Shown here one piece after another: positions 12,727-26,640 of a stretch of DNA of 64,000 nt. The stretch spans positions 28,086,001 to 28,150,000 of the forward strand of contig CM060734.1 of the NCBI GenBank assembly GCA_030704615.1, in the 5' to 3' direction. The translations under genes and the position numbers were made by a program. How positions within the stretch are numbered: the stretch's first letter is position 1; every line of letters starts with the position of its first letter. Origin of the DNA: Takakia lepidozioides (lineage: Eukaryota; Plantae; Bryophyta). The notes under the pieces are model-generated. The model was given only the letters and a program-made list of their open reading frames with translations, did not search any database and was not told the origin of the DNA.

Positions 12727-12985
12727 CCCTCTGTGACCCTCTGTAACCCTCACCACCATGTAACCCTCTGTAACACCGCAGAGTATCACCCTCACCCCTA
12801 TGTAACCCTCTGTAACACCGCAGAATATCACCCTCACCCCTATGTAACCCTCTGGAACCCTCACCACCACATAACCCTCTGTAACCCATGTAACCCTCTG
12901 TAACACCGCAGAATGTCACCCTCACCCCCATGTAACCCTCACTCCATGTAACCCTATGTGACCCTCTGTAACCCATGTAACCTCC
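12727..12985. repeat. Minisatellite, TGTAACCC(TC)-based, ~42-bp units
   Basis: Repeated tgtaaccctctgtaacaccgcagaatatcaccctcacccc. Confidence 0.9.
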
Positions 12986-14971
12986 GTAGCCTGATTGCTA
13001 AAAGCATTTATACAAATATCTTTTCATACTCTTTTTAAAAATATTGTTGCCTAGTTCCAAATGGAAAAGCTAGGTACCACCTCCGTCACATGACTTGTGC
13101 AGGTGAACTCAGATTTCATCCCCAGGGACCTGCAGGCTGGACAGGGTGGTCGATACTTTTCATACCACTAGCAGACAAAATTTAATTCAAACCCTGCAGA
13201 TGTTGAAATGTCCTCGACACTTGAGGCCTTGCCGAGGTTATTTTTCCTTGGGCTTTCTTAAATCAGAAAGGTCTTTCCAAAAAACACACTGCTGATGTGA
13301 ACAGGTGTGGCGCATAGGTGTGGATACAGATTAAAAGGTCAACTATGGGAGAGAATTTCTCAGTACTCAAATGCAGTTCCTGCCTTGAGGCAATTCCCGT
13401 GCTGCAGTATCAAGTTGGCTCTTTTGGCAAAGGCCGCTTGAGAGGCATGCGAATGTTAAGTAGCAATACACCCCAATCTTGTGAAGAATTTTTAGTTGCC
13501 AGCTGCATGGGTCTGGTTACGGGAAAAATGACAGCAATAAGTCATGGAAAGTGAATGCACAAAAGTCCTCAATAATCTGCTATCGGCTTTGTATACAGGC
13601 ATGGCATAAGTGGCTTGGTGAAAACCTGGCAGAAAAGAAATGGCTTTAGCCCATTCAATCAATGAAAGTTTCTCTACTGAGGTGGAGGTCGCCATTTGAC
13701 TTTACGGATGACCGGGCCTGTGCCTCTGTACGTGGCTGAATGCTGAGGTGGATGTTGCATTTTCTGTCGTGACTGTTGGGGGCCGGTTTGTGACTGCCTA
13801 TAGTAGCGATTCAACTTTGGTTTCTGGTTGCTCTGCCAAGAAAGCAACAAGAGAACAGTCAGAAAAGCTGAAAGCACAGTTTGGCACACATTTCAAATAC
13901 AGCACTCTGGATAAACCGAGGAAATTTTTCTTCTTCAAAGGACACTAAGGGAAATGTCCGAAGACAACAGGAAGTATTTTCAATTTGAAATATCTCTCTG
14001 TCATGGGTGAAGAAAATGATAGGGCAGCCAAGATCTAGAAAAGAAAACTGCAAGGATCTTCAAGATGGGACATATAACAAAATCCATTGAAGACCATCGA
14101 AAATACCAGAGGGGGCCCCTGGCGAGTCCTTCTGTGTACAACATCTTGACCATAATCAGTTGAATAATTGTGATTATCTAGATCCCTTTCCTCCGACCAG
14201 TGCCTCTCCTCGCTCTCCTCCCACTTGGAATTCGTTTGCTCCCCATGTGGAGTCTGACTGGGTAGTGTGTTATATTCCTCCCTTTTGCCAAAGGCTCTGG
14301 CGTGAGCACCTTGGGCCCATCCGTGAGAGATTTTCCAGGATGGTTGCCTTGGCAGTAATCTGCACTCTTCTTTACAAAAATCCTCTTCAATCCCTCCCTC
14401 CTTTCTTTTGCCGAAGGATGTCAAGGGACCACCTTCTCCCCCTTCAGATTGTGTGTGCCGTTGTCTGGTTGATCCTCTGCGCACTACTTTTCCTGAAGAA
14501 GACCCTCCTCCGCTGCCAAGTGCAGCAGTCTGGCTGTGTCGCCGCCTGTCAAGAAGAGTTTTTCCTGCCCTTTTAGACACTCACTTCACAATATCATGAC
14601 AATCACATTGCACAATGGATCACGTCTGTGTACAGTTCTGGTTACAGTAGCAATGATGGAATCAACATCAGTATAGCTCATCCCTGTTACCAGATAGCCA
14701 TGAGCTGTGTGGAAGTACACACTGACATATTTGGATATTTACCCTGGTTTTTTGGAATCCAACAATTAGCTCCAGGAGAATTAGTATCTTTGCAGGGACT
14801 CTGCCTAGGGCATTATATAGTCGATGGCGGCAGGACAGAGAAGTACATTGTAGTGGCAGTCAGCACATAAAAAAAAATGACTTTGTTGAAGCCGATTGAG
14901 TTTTTTGACTTGTAATATGCTTACGGTGGTTCAGTTTGTCCAAGTTACCAGTACCACATAGAACTTTGAAC

Positions 14972-17900
14972 TCACCAACTCATATTGCCTCTAGGAAGTG
15001 GATCAACATCCTGCCACTGAGAATCTGGCCTCTCCTGCTGCTGTAGAGCCTCCAACTTGACTGGCTGAAGGACTTCTGCTGATTCCCACCTGATATGTTG
15101 ACGGCCCCCACCTAACACCCTCTCATAGTCCACCTCCTCACTGTCTCCTTTAGACGAAGTTCGATCAAACTGCTGCAGCTTGGAGCTTTTTCTCCTCGAC
15201 TGATGAGTTGTAACCCTAGCCTTCTCTCTTCCACCTGGAGACCCTGTCTCAAGCCGACTTTCCTTGGCTGTCTTCCGCTGCTTATTCTTCTTGTCCAAAG
15301 GATTTCCATCTTCAACCATTTCTCTATAGTCGTTTAGCTGCCGCTTTCGCTTTTCTCTTTCAGACCTTTCCTTAACTTCAGGTTTCGTTAAATTTTGAAG
15401 CTTTGATTCTCTTGTGGCTTCGACTTTCCTCTTCCAATCGTTGACATCTCTAAGAACCTGATAGCATCCCCGATGGCGCGCATCATCAATGAGTGCTCCC
15501 CACAAAGGACTCCAGCACTGGAGAGTCTCAGCATGACCCACAATGATGAGCGCATATTTTGCACGTGTCAATGCCACATTCATTCGTTTTTCATCTGAGA
15601 CGAAGCCCAGCCCTCTGTTGGCCATTGCCCGCACACAAGAAAGCACTATCACATCCTTCTCCCTGCCTTGAAAACCATCAACTGTATTCACCTCACAGGC
15701 AACTCCATCAATTCCACGGCTTTCAAGCTGGTCCTCAATCACTCCTCTCTGGGCAATGTAAGGTGTAATAACCCCTACATTAGGTTTACGTCCATCCTCC
15801 AGACCGTTGACAATTCCTTCAACAACATTACATACAACTTGAGCTTCTTCAAGATTTGAGTGAGAGTGACCCACTGTCTCCTCCTGCTCAATTCCCCAGC
15901 CAACATCCAGAAAGCAGTAGTGCCCCAGTTTGAATGTGCAGCCATTCACGACTGTGTCCCTGTCACAAACCTCCTTTTTGAAAATGGATTGCAAATCAAA
16001 GGACTTCAGTGAGTTTCTCAAACACCCCCCATAAAATTTCTGGGAGGGGTACAGAGAGATATCCGGATGCATGCGGTACTGTGTGGTGAGTAGGTGCACA
16101 GGCACCCCAGCCTCCTGAAACCGCTCAAATAAGCTGTGTCCAAATGCGGTTGCTGCAAGGCAAAAAAAAAAGTCTCTTAAAAAATGCTCATTTCAAAAAC
16201 TACATGGACATGGTAGTAAAGAAAGAAAACAAAGAGTTAGCCATCGAGGAAAGATAAAGCATAACAATAATATACTCTGACCGCAGACACCCTCCATGTC
16301 CGTACGCCGAATCAAAGAGACAGGCACAGAGAAAGAGAGACTCACCAGGTCGCTGAAACACAGTGGCAGGCAGTTGTTGGGGATCACCCACCATCACGCA
16401 CCGGCCCTTCACCCTTTTCAGTGCTACCAAGACTTCTGCCTCCACTGCCTGCATCCCACTGAGCCACATGAGAAACTGCCAGACCACCTGTTTCCAATTT
16501 CGAAAACAAGAGAAAGAGAAGCTGAGAGGGAGGAGCAGAGGCACAAACCCTAAAGGTACCTCCTGGCACATGGTGGGCGAGAGGAAGCCTCAGTGACTGT
16601 CTTTGACCAAAAGGTCATGCCTGCCAATTTGGAGGAAGAGTGAAAATGACCTAAAGGGGAGTCGAAATTCTTTGGTACATACAATTTTGCAGATGGAGGT
16701 CAGTATATAGTCATGATGGGCAAAACAAAAAAAATGCTTCCTTGCACACTGCAATCAAGGTAGAAGTTTACGGTTTAGGGGGCCACGAACCTGAGCTGCT
16801 TCGTCTGGAAGTCCTCCAGCATACACACCCAACATGCACACACATAGTAAATAGTAGAGGAGAATTTGGAGACAGAACAACATGGTCCTCCGCGGCAAAA
16901 GTCATTGGCCCTAATTCAATTTCTCTAGATGGTGAACCTATTGTGGTTGTATGTCAGATGACTAATTTTCTAGTACTTTGCATATAACTTCAAGAGTTTG
17001 AAATGCGAAGTGGGTGATAATTGACTCATTCCCGGTGAATCATAGATCTATCCAGATGGCAGGAGAATCAATACATGCAACATACCAACTATAAGAACGT
17101 CAAACATCCGGTTGAGTTCCTCAAAAACACTATGGCCCGAACCACTGAGAGTGGCACATACAACTGATGCTCCTTCAAGTATGTCAATCCATGGCCTTCG
17201 GTTTCCACCTTTTGAGAGCCGACTGGCCAGGCTGTCCATGCACACTGTTTGAACCATGGGGTGCATAACTTTCACTGACCCAAATCGAACCAGTGCACCG
17301 TCCATGGGACTAAAGGAGTTCCCAGCTTTGTCCAGCATGCAATGCATCAGTCGGGCTGCAATTTCATCTAGTGCTGCATTTGAGGGTGCACAGACTAGCA
17401 CCTTCACCCTGCAATTTTGTCAAAGATTTCTGCTTAATTTCCCACAGGATGACATCTTCAACTTTTCCTTTAATCCAAGACTTGTCCTTGTTGTCTTCAA
17501 TGCTATTGAGCTCAAAAAAACTTGCCGAACAGTCCAGGACACCGCTTGAGCCCAATTTGATGCCTAATCGTAAACAACAAGATGCAACTTGGGCTGTTGG
17601 ACAAGATCACAAATGCTCCAATATACAGTCAACAGCCTGTTGTTCAACTTATTCATCAGTTAACTTGCGGAATCTGCCTCCATACAACATTTTCCAACCC
17701 AACTTCATCAGCACAAACATTATATCTGGATTCCAAATCACTCCAGCTGATCAGGGCTGTGACACCAAGTAGAGAGACTCATTTATTCTTACCGGGATTT
17801 GGATAGACCAGAAAACACTCAGGGACAATTCCCTTGCTTATGATGTACCCTTAACAGAGCACAGGCCCATGGGGTACTATACTTCCCAGCGAGGTGTGGT

Positions 17901-20900
17901 GTTGGCTGTATAGAGACTCAACTCTAACTTGTCATAGGGCTCATGCACAGCAAACAAAAATCCATTAACAGGAAATCGAGAAGAAATTTATGAGCTGACA
18001 TTGAAAGCCTAGAAAACAGAGGTTGATTCTAGCAGAGATCGTCCACCGCCTCTAGCTTGGAACAAATGTGGCGTGTCTGTCTGTGCTTGTGCTGCCGAGG
18101 ATGTGCAGAGAGGAGAAACCCAAAAAAAAACTCTGAAACAACCACTAACATCCACAGGAGAAAGACAATAAGAATAAACATATGACCATGGGAACATTCT
18201 GCTTTCCCTCTTAAGATGGCACACCCTGAGACAATGTACAGGAGTTGGAAAAAAATGGACAGGCCACAGTACATCCTTAGATATAGTTCTGTGCATGGGT
18301 GAGGCCATTTGGAAGTCAGTCTCCATTGGAAGGGAAAAGGTTGTGCAGAATTACCCTGGTTCTTCAGTTACTAATGCTGACACCATTCCTGTTACAAAAT
18401 GCATGCAACCACAACAGCAGTGTTACACCAGATATAAACCAAGCTCAGGGACAATTGGTCCTCTATTCGTTGGTAAAACAAAACCGTTGGTTGCCCCTTC
18501 TTTTCAGGATGCATAACTGCATAATTTCATATTGCCGACCACCTGTCATACAGCCACATGCAGTGCATCTTACAGGGTACATGTGGATGATCAGTTAGAT
18601 ACTTTCTTGTGGCTATAAATTGTGATATCAAATTGCCAGTGATAACCATTCAGGTAAGGCCTCATTGTGCATATCACATCATGCAATCGTCATAACTGGT
18701 AGGCAAATGCTTGGACATGCTTCAATCCAGCTGCAGACAAGGCTTATAAGACTCACCAACAATTGTAGATGTCTGCGGCAGACTCCATATGATGAAAGCA
18801 GACATTCGGTGGGAGTGGACTCACATGCCAAAGGACACATAAAGAGTGAGCTAGTACCAGAGCACATTTCACCCCAAGTTTCATAGCAACCTCTGGTGAA
18901 TATGGTGCATTTGTAAAAGTGCTTGGAGCTGCAGCAAATGTAAAACCTCAGTACAAGTAGGGTCACTTTAGCAATGGTGTACAGCATCATACCTTGCCAG
19001 TTCCTGGAGGACCTGCAACACCCACCATCTCACACAAATGACAGACAGATTTTTAGGGGGCCAATTAGCAACAAAAGAACTGCAGCTGCTCTTTGGACAG
19101 TGATTTGAAGAAGTGTGAACATCAGCACGTTTGCGAGGATTTAACCCCTCAATTCTACAAAGATGGGTATCATGTGCGACAAGCTAAGAGAGGGCCTTTA
19201 AATCTCCACCGTAAGTATACATCACTATGCCTCTTTACTGCAACAACTTTATGATGTACACAGAAAGCCCAGAGAAAAACTAGTTCACTGGATGCCGATG
19301 AGACCAAAAGAAAGCTCCATCCACAACCAAAGACATAACCCCCCAAAAGTTGAGAGATCCTGAGAGAGGCCTCTAAAGGTAGACAACACAGACAAGGCCA
19401 CAGACCATCTATGAAGACACGAGTGGTCATCTTATGCTTTCTCCTGACACACAACAGTCAGACAACAAACACTTGCACACAAATGCATGTTGAATTGAAG
19501 CCTTCCCACCTTGCACAAGCAGGAACCCCTGCCGCAGCCTCAGTAGAGCAGAAACAGCTAGCAATTGCAAGGTGTTCAGTATCTTGCGAGAATTGAAATT
19601 GTCCAGAGCTTCAGAGTTGAGCTGTAGGTTGGGATGTCCATCTGACACATCTTCTGGGGCTGGAGGAGGGGACAAAAAATTGGTGTTGACCATAGGGTCC
19701 AGAAGCTGCTGCTGCAATGGACTGTAAATCTCGGAAACCGTTGACACAGCCATGTACATTCGGCGCATGGTGACTAAGTTGGCCATTCTCAGTAGGACAC
19801 ACTGGCCCCCACACCCAGGTACACCACCAATATATGCAAATAAGGAAATCTGTAGTGGCTTTATTTCTAGCACAACCTTCTACAGAATGTACCTATACAG
19901 ATGAAGGTTGAAGACACCAGTGATGAATGAATTAGTGATGAAAAGTTGGTAAGAGTTAATAAGATCTAAAATATCTTGAAAGACCACATCAGATGGTCAA
20001 ATTTAAGGCTAATGAGGGGCTACATGGTTTCAGCATCGATAGGAATGACCTGGCCCTACATATGTCAGGAGTAGAGTCAGACTCTTCTCCTTAAACTGTA
20101 CATAAACTCTGAAGCTGGATGTCTTGGGGGCACAATGAACAGAAACAACCACCAAACCTGGCTGAGCGAAAAGTCCCAGGCAACTCGTGTTCTAAGAAGA
20201 GCAATCGTGGACCGGTCCCCATAATTAACAACTGCTAGTGCTTTGAAGTCCTTCGTCTTTGGAACCATCATACACAGCAGTTCACCTGCCTCTAGTTTTA
20301 GACTCGGGCCTTCTGCATGTTCTGCCTCAATGTAATGGAATGGATCACCTGGCGCCTGGATCATACCGCGCAGCTGCCACTGAGTTGTCAATCCCCGCCC
20401 TTGGCTTCGACCTAGCATTTTATGTGACAGATAAAAGCATCCGCATACCAAGGGAAACAAAGAAAGTTAAAAAACAAAAACCCTTTGTTCAAAATATGGA
20501 CAAATTTGTTGACCCAGCTGCTACACTGACGCAAGCATTTAGCGGCTAATCACTTGACCTACAAACTCTGCTTGAGAACAAAACAGATCGTGGTTAGTTA
20601 GACATACACCATGCCAAGCCAAACATTGAAACTGTGGCATTACCCAGACCTTTCAAAGAGATCTCTTTGTTATTCAAGACACAAAATATAACACCAAGTT
20701 GGACCCAAAAAAGAACAACAAAAAGTCCCTGATGAAACATCATCATCCGTAATGCTGCAGACTCCCCTGCAAGTAGTCTTGAGATGGGAACACTTACAAG
20801 AATCTCGCATGGACTGATAGCTTGGCCCATCATTGGTCTCCTGGTCCACTGCATACTGTTCCCAGTCATTCAGAAGCATGGCCCTCCCCTCCTCTACTAT

Positions 20901-23255
20901 CAGCCCCTGGATAACTTGCACATAGGCTGCCAGCGACCCAAACTTGGAGGGTAAGGGAGCATGGCGGCTTGCATGGGTTTGCTGGATTTGGTTGTCCCCA
21001 GCATCCGATTCTTGCCAAGGGCCTTGAGTCCCCAAAATCGCCCAGTCAAAATGGTCTTCAGGGGGTGCATCTAAGGAGAGAGGATGGGCAACTTTCCGAA
21101 TCCTGCCAAAACTGGTTGCTTGAGATTTGATCTGCAACAAGTATAAATAACATGTAGTTTCAAACCACCGATTCCAACATGAACTGAAGATATCCCAGGC
21201 AGGGTAGATAAGAGAACAGCAACAAATAGCCTGATTGCGAGGTTCAGAGTTCCAACATGTTCAAAGAAGTGAAGACTGGCCAACAAAACAGAAGTTGCAG
21301 ACCCACCTGATTCTGCCAGTATTTTCTGCTGGTGGTGTCATCACCACTACAGGATGATGAACCACTCGTAGAACTGCTTGAAGGATCTGACACCCTCTTC
21401 TTAGGCTGCCATGTGGTGATTGGAATGGTAGCTGCAGATACAACCCTTCCCTCCTCACTTCTCGTTCTTGCAGGGCTAGGTTTTTGCTTGCTGGAGATAT
21501 CTGAGCCACTGCTAGATGAAGGCTCTGACGAGCTTGTTACCTCATCAGAAACATGATTGATCGGCCTGGGAGGAATAAACCTGTTCAGGCCCATTACAAC
21601 CATTCGGAGTCAATCGTAACATGTCAGAGCCACTATGTGAGTCCTCTGACCCACTGCACAATTACACCATACAGCTGCTGCTTCTGGCAGACTTATTCCC
21701 CTGATATGGATGTGTCTGGTCCATGCCTTGCAAGATGAAATAGAGGCCTTTGGAACACACTTACTCCCAAACCACCTATACACAGATCAAATGCGTAACC
21801 ATCCTATACATGTCAATCTATTCATTCTGTCCTTAACAGATATAGGACTGACCTTTCGGGCTGTTTCTCCTTCTTACTACCTGGAGACTGGCTCGTCTCC
21901 CTTCTTTCTCCTTGGATCTCCTCCTTGTCTCTCATAGCCCAGTCAACCTCCTTACTATGCTTTGGTGAGAGCATGGCTGGCTGCTGCTGACCCTCCGATG
22001 GAGACCCCTCTGCTCCATGCAGTAGCAGCTGACGTGAGCCTGCACCAACTGTAATCTCACATTGGTTCGCTTCCATGTAAAGAAAATTCTCTTCACAACC
22101 CCATCACCCTCTCAGATTTCAAACCAAGAGTACAAGCCGAGAAGTATTTTGGTAAATACTACTTTGAACGACCCTGCAATCAGTAAACTTCACCTATCTT
22201 GCAAACTGTAGAAAGCAGTTGCACCACATCCAAGCATACAAGTAACACAACCAGACTTATCCAAACAAAGGGTGGGATAGTCAAATAATTTTGATGCAAA
22301 AGGCATCATAGTACCTGGTGAATCTGCAGAGAGATTCTGGACCTCTGTAACGCCTGGCACTGAAGGATCTACAGGTTTGTGCAATCCAATAAGAAGTTCA
22401 GGAGCATCCTCGAATCGCTTTGGATCTGGGTTGTAGCCTGTAGACAAACCAGACTGAATGAAAGGGCTTGACTAGAAGTCCCCACTTGAGTTGTGAATAC
22501 CCACCTGTAGCCAGACAAAACCTCTGGGGGTGCCCAACAGAGATGAAGGGAAGACACCACCCAAGTACAGGCCATATTAAAAGGTATGCAGTACCTACCA
22601 CTGCTCCTTTCTCATTCACACACACGAGAGTGTGTCAGCAGTTGCAAACACTCCGAGACATGTTGGATTTTGTGTCGAGTAGAGGGTGACATTAGTAGGT
22701 TGGAAATAGCAGAATGCTTTTCCAATTAAAACCCAGACACAGAAGATTGGTTTTGAAAACGTCACTTACAAGGGAAATCAGAAAGGAAGACCACAGGATA
22801 GACGACGCAGACAACCTGGACACGCTTTGACACAATCCTACTCTGTACAAACAGCAAAAGAATGACCAGCTAGGTGATAGTATCTGCAGCTAATCCCGTA
22901 CAACCCCTTTGTCAGCACCTGCATAGGACATCCCGGGTCCCCATTGTGCAGAGAATGTCAGCACTATGCAACCCTTGTCAGATCTTATCGCAGTAGGATA
23001 TCTCAATTCAGTATAGAAGTACCAGACCGTGTTGATGATGCTTTTCTTACTTCATAAGGCAAACATCATCAGCAACAGCATGAGCGTACCACGCGGGAAT
23101 GTTGGCGCCAAAAAACGATCAAACAGAAAGACACAGTGAGCACGGAGCTCTTGCAGCTCCATCTCCAGCCTCTCCACATCCACCCGTCTCGCCCTCACCA
23201 GGTCCACCAGCGCCTTTTCGGCCACCTCCTGTACTGAAATCTCCCTTGCAGCCAT
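14972..23255 (-). CDS. SEN1/UPF1-like superfamily-1 RNA/DNA helicase (AAA_11 + AAA_12), multi-exon gene
   Basis: Phase-consistent GT-AG exons: ~22076-21853, 21580-21307, 21131-20798, 20411-20158, 19801-19510, 19012-18993, 18772-18757, 18388-18355, 17408-17086, 16804-16791, 16448-16346, 16152-14972. Spliced product contains LVQGPPGTGKTSTIVG, VLVCAPSNAALDEI, LIVDEAAQ, MVGDPQQLPAT, QYRMHPDI, GVITPY, TVDGFQGREKD and RMNVALTRAK. Exons upstream of 22080 (candidate first exon ~23140-23255) and the true 3' end are uncertain. Confidence 0.9.
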
Positions 23256-23339
23256 GATCTCGCCCCCCTCCTCCCCCGCCAATGAACCGGACATTCAAGA
23301 AGACAATAACCCCTAAACCCTCTCTCATGAAATAACCTT

Positions 23340-25080
23340 ACACTAGGGTAGCCTGTGCCGTTGGCCCAAGTGTCCAATGTCATCTATGTTATCGAAGTCT
23401 AATCAATTTTTTCCACAGAACCTACGACCTGATTTGAACCGGAGACCTTTTCCTTGATATCTCTCCCGTCGAGGTTCCGATCATTGTGGCGCGAAAGCCA
23501 CTTTGCTATTTTTTGCGAACCAAAAGTAGTTGAAATTCCACATCACCCACACCTGAGGTCCAAAAATTATGAGACCAAGCCCATGCACTCCTCCTCATTG
23601 AGGGCTTTCCAATGGTACCAAGCACTAGGGGCCGGGGCTTCCCGGTTTGGGACATCTCAACGTGACAAAACAAACAAAACAAAACAAACAAACAAACTGT
23701 AGCCTGTGTCGTTAGCCCAAGTGTCCAATGTCATCTAAGTCCAAGTGCACCAATATATGAAGCAAGCCATATCTAATCATTTTTTTTGCCACAGAGCCTA
23801 CGACCAGATTTGAACCAGAGACCGTTTCCTTGATTTCTCTCTTGTCGAGGCTCCAATCATTGTTCAGCGACCAAAAGTACTTGAAACCCGTTTTAGCCAT
23901 ATCTCATCGTTTTTTTCTTCGAGAGCCTACGACCAGATTTGAACTAGAGATCTTTCCCTTGATATCTCTCATGTCGAGGCTCCAACCATTGTCCAAGGAT
24001 TGCCCACTTAGCTATTTTTCGTGAATTTCCAGCGACCAACAGTACTTGAATTCCACATCTCCCACACAACAAGTCCAAAAATTGTGAGACCAAGCCCGTG
24101 CACCCCTCCTCGTCGAGGGCTTTCCAATGGTACCAAGCATCACCTCCCGGTTGGGGACATCTCAACGTGGCAAAACAAAACAAAACAAAACAAACTGACT
24201 TGCTTCATATATTGACTAGGGTAGCTTGTGCCGTTGGCCCAAGTGTCCAGTGTCATCTAAGCCCAAGTGCAATCTCCTATGTATCCAAAGGCATCTCCCA
24301 CGTGCGTCTCCCATGTCGAGGCCCATCTAAGCCTAGTGTGCAATCTCCTATGTATCCAAAGTACGTCTCCCATGTCAAGGCCTGATTAATTTTTGTCCAC
24401 GAATTTATTGAGTAATATATCCTATCATTATTGATATATCTCCCGTCTTTAGGGTAGCGTGTGCCGGTGGCCCAAATGTCCAATGTCATCTACGTCATCT
24501 AAGTCTAATCATTTTTTTTCCACAGAGCCTACGACCGAATTTGAACCGGAGACCTTTCCCTTGATATCTTTCCTATCGCTTCGGCCTATGTGTGAAGAAT
24601 TGAAATCTAAGACCAAGTGCAATTTCCTATGTATCCCAGTGCGTCTCCTATGTCGAGGCCCAAATGCGACCTCTAGGATAGCCTGTGCCGTTGGGCCAAG
24701 TGTCCAGTGTCATTTAAGCCCAAGTGTAAGATCTTTTATGTATCCCACATCTCTTATGTCGAGGCCCAAGTGCGACCTCTAGGGTAGCATGTGTCGTTGG
24801 CCCAAGTGTCCAATGTCATCTAAGTCATCTAAGTCTAATCATTTTTCTTCTCCTATGTCGAGGCCCATGTGTCAATAATTGGAATCTAAGACCAAGTGCA
24901 ATTTCCTATGTATCCGAGTGCATCTCCTATGTCGAGGCCCATCCAAGCCCTAGTGCAATCTTTTATTCATGTATCCAAGTGCATCTCCAATGTAGAGGCC
25001 CAAGTGTCCAATGTCATCTAAGTCATCTAGGTCTAATCATTTTATTTCCACAGAGCCATCTCTAGTGTAGCCTACAATGT
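23340..25080. repeat. Complex degenerate tandem repeat
   Basis: ctagggtagcctgtgccgttggcccaagtgtccaatgtcatcta at ~23343, 23699, 24216, 24450, 24673, 24779 and 24997, plus recurring gagcctacgaccagatttgaac blocks. Confidence 0.85.
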
Positions 25081-25887
25081 ATTAAGTTACAAGATCTCTC
25101 CTAAACCTGCGAGAGCACTTACCTAGACGGAGGCCGTCACTTCCTCGCCCCTACCAATGGGTGATCCAGGTACTGAGGTAAGCAAATCCAATAAAAAATA
25201 AGATCTACAGGAATTTTCCTACCTAAAAAATGGGTGGCCTCTCCCGATCTTCGGGTGGTGGGGAACGGTCCCTGGAAATTGATGACTTGGTCGGCGATGG
25301 TCCGACACAATGGGCAACAACCCAAGTAACCAACTTGCCAAGCGAGATGTGCTTCCACTGCGGATTGCACATTAAGATATCCCAAAAAAAAAGGTTGACA
25401 ACACACAGGCCAACGCGTGTTGAACCTGAAGAAAGAAGAAATGGGCGTCGTGAAAGCCTTCTTTCCCAACGGGCCTACCCTAGCCGAGATCCAATATCCC
25501 CTATACTCCTCGGCGATATCCAAGATGTGTTTCACATCAATCTGCAAATATCAATGGCGTCCTCCGTCGTCACCGGATCGAGTTCCGAAAATGACGCGAT
25601 AGAGGCCGGTGACACGTGCCTCAAATGATAGATAGAAGCCATGGGCATCCATCTGAGTAGTCATACTGCATCTCCATAAATGCCATGACATTAGTATTTC
25701 CAAAGGAATTTCAGCATTCAGCCTATGAAATGGGGGTTTCAATCCTCCCTGGTAGGTGGTTCCTCAACAACACCCAAATTAATCAAACGCATATATGCAA
25801 TGTATAACAAAGTATAAGCAGCTACAAGAATGAGTACAATGCCTGTTACTTCATCCATGTAAAAAAAAACGGAAGCTTCCTGACTAA

Positions 25888-26640
25888 TTACTTACCTCCC
25901 GGCAGACGCACAATTTATATGACGAGCCCTGGACGCGCGCGGTCAGGGTGACGGCATACTAGCGCCGCATCCAAGTGCTCCACCCAGTCTGATTGGTCTG
26001 CCGACACATAATTCCGCCATGTCTCCTGCGCCGTTGCCGTCTCCTTGGTGGGGAGGGGTCGAGGTATGTAGCGGAATGGGTTGGGCTCAAGGAACCGCCC
26101 ACCCGACTGTGGTTAGTGCACGGGTCCGCGGCAATGCTAGTGGCGAGAATCCTCAAACAATTATAATTCTACCGGCAAAGATAATACAATTTCTTTACCA
26201 AAAAAAGTATGACGCCTCCCGAAGGGAGCGTAACTTATGGTGTCACTTGACCCCGAAGGGCTACTGCCTTCCAGCAGGAAGGTTGACACCTTCATGACAC
26301 ACCAGACGGTGGTTTGAACCCACAACCACATCCAACGTGGTATGTGCCCATTATCACTGGGCTACATGCTAGTTGTCTACAATTTCTATTTCATAAGGCG
26401 AGGTTGCGTTTCTAGTTCCTACAGTCTTTTTCTGTATTTTTAGCTTTTTAATTGCCCTCCAAGTCTTTGTTTATTACTACGTCCTACTAGCCTAAACCCC
26501 CGAGCCGCTTATAGCCGATGTCCCTTCACAAAGCACCTACCGGGTTTAGGGAGAAAGAGAGATCATCCCTTCCTCAAGGCCCCTCCGATTCCTGGGTGGT
26601 TGAATTCAAGCACCTCTCAGGACGAGCCAACACCCGTTCC
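25888..26640 (-). repeat. Right arm of the diverged inverted repeat, interrupted by a SINE
   Basis: Reverse-complement similarity to 12470-12632 and 11390-11600, in mirrored order. Confidence 0.75.
26200..26377 (-). mobile_element. tRNA-derived SINE with an oligo-T tail
   Basis: Minus strand shows box A-like TAGCCCAGTGA, box B-like GGTTCAAACC and a 3' T-run. TACAATTTCT is duplicated at 26185 and 26378. A second partial copy lies at 10971. Confidence 0.8.

Noticed and set aside
12727-12985. Interstitial telomere (TAACCC)
   Set aside because: The motif sits within longer minisatellite units and is not a pure TTAGGG or TTTAGGG run.
13300-14600. Additional gene or extra 3' helicase exons (ORFs 14035..14580 on minus, 14160..14576 on plus)
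   Set aside because: No recognisable motifs, and I could not build a convincing splice path. Unresolved rather than excluded.
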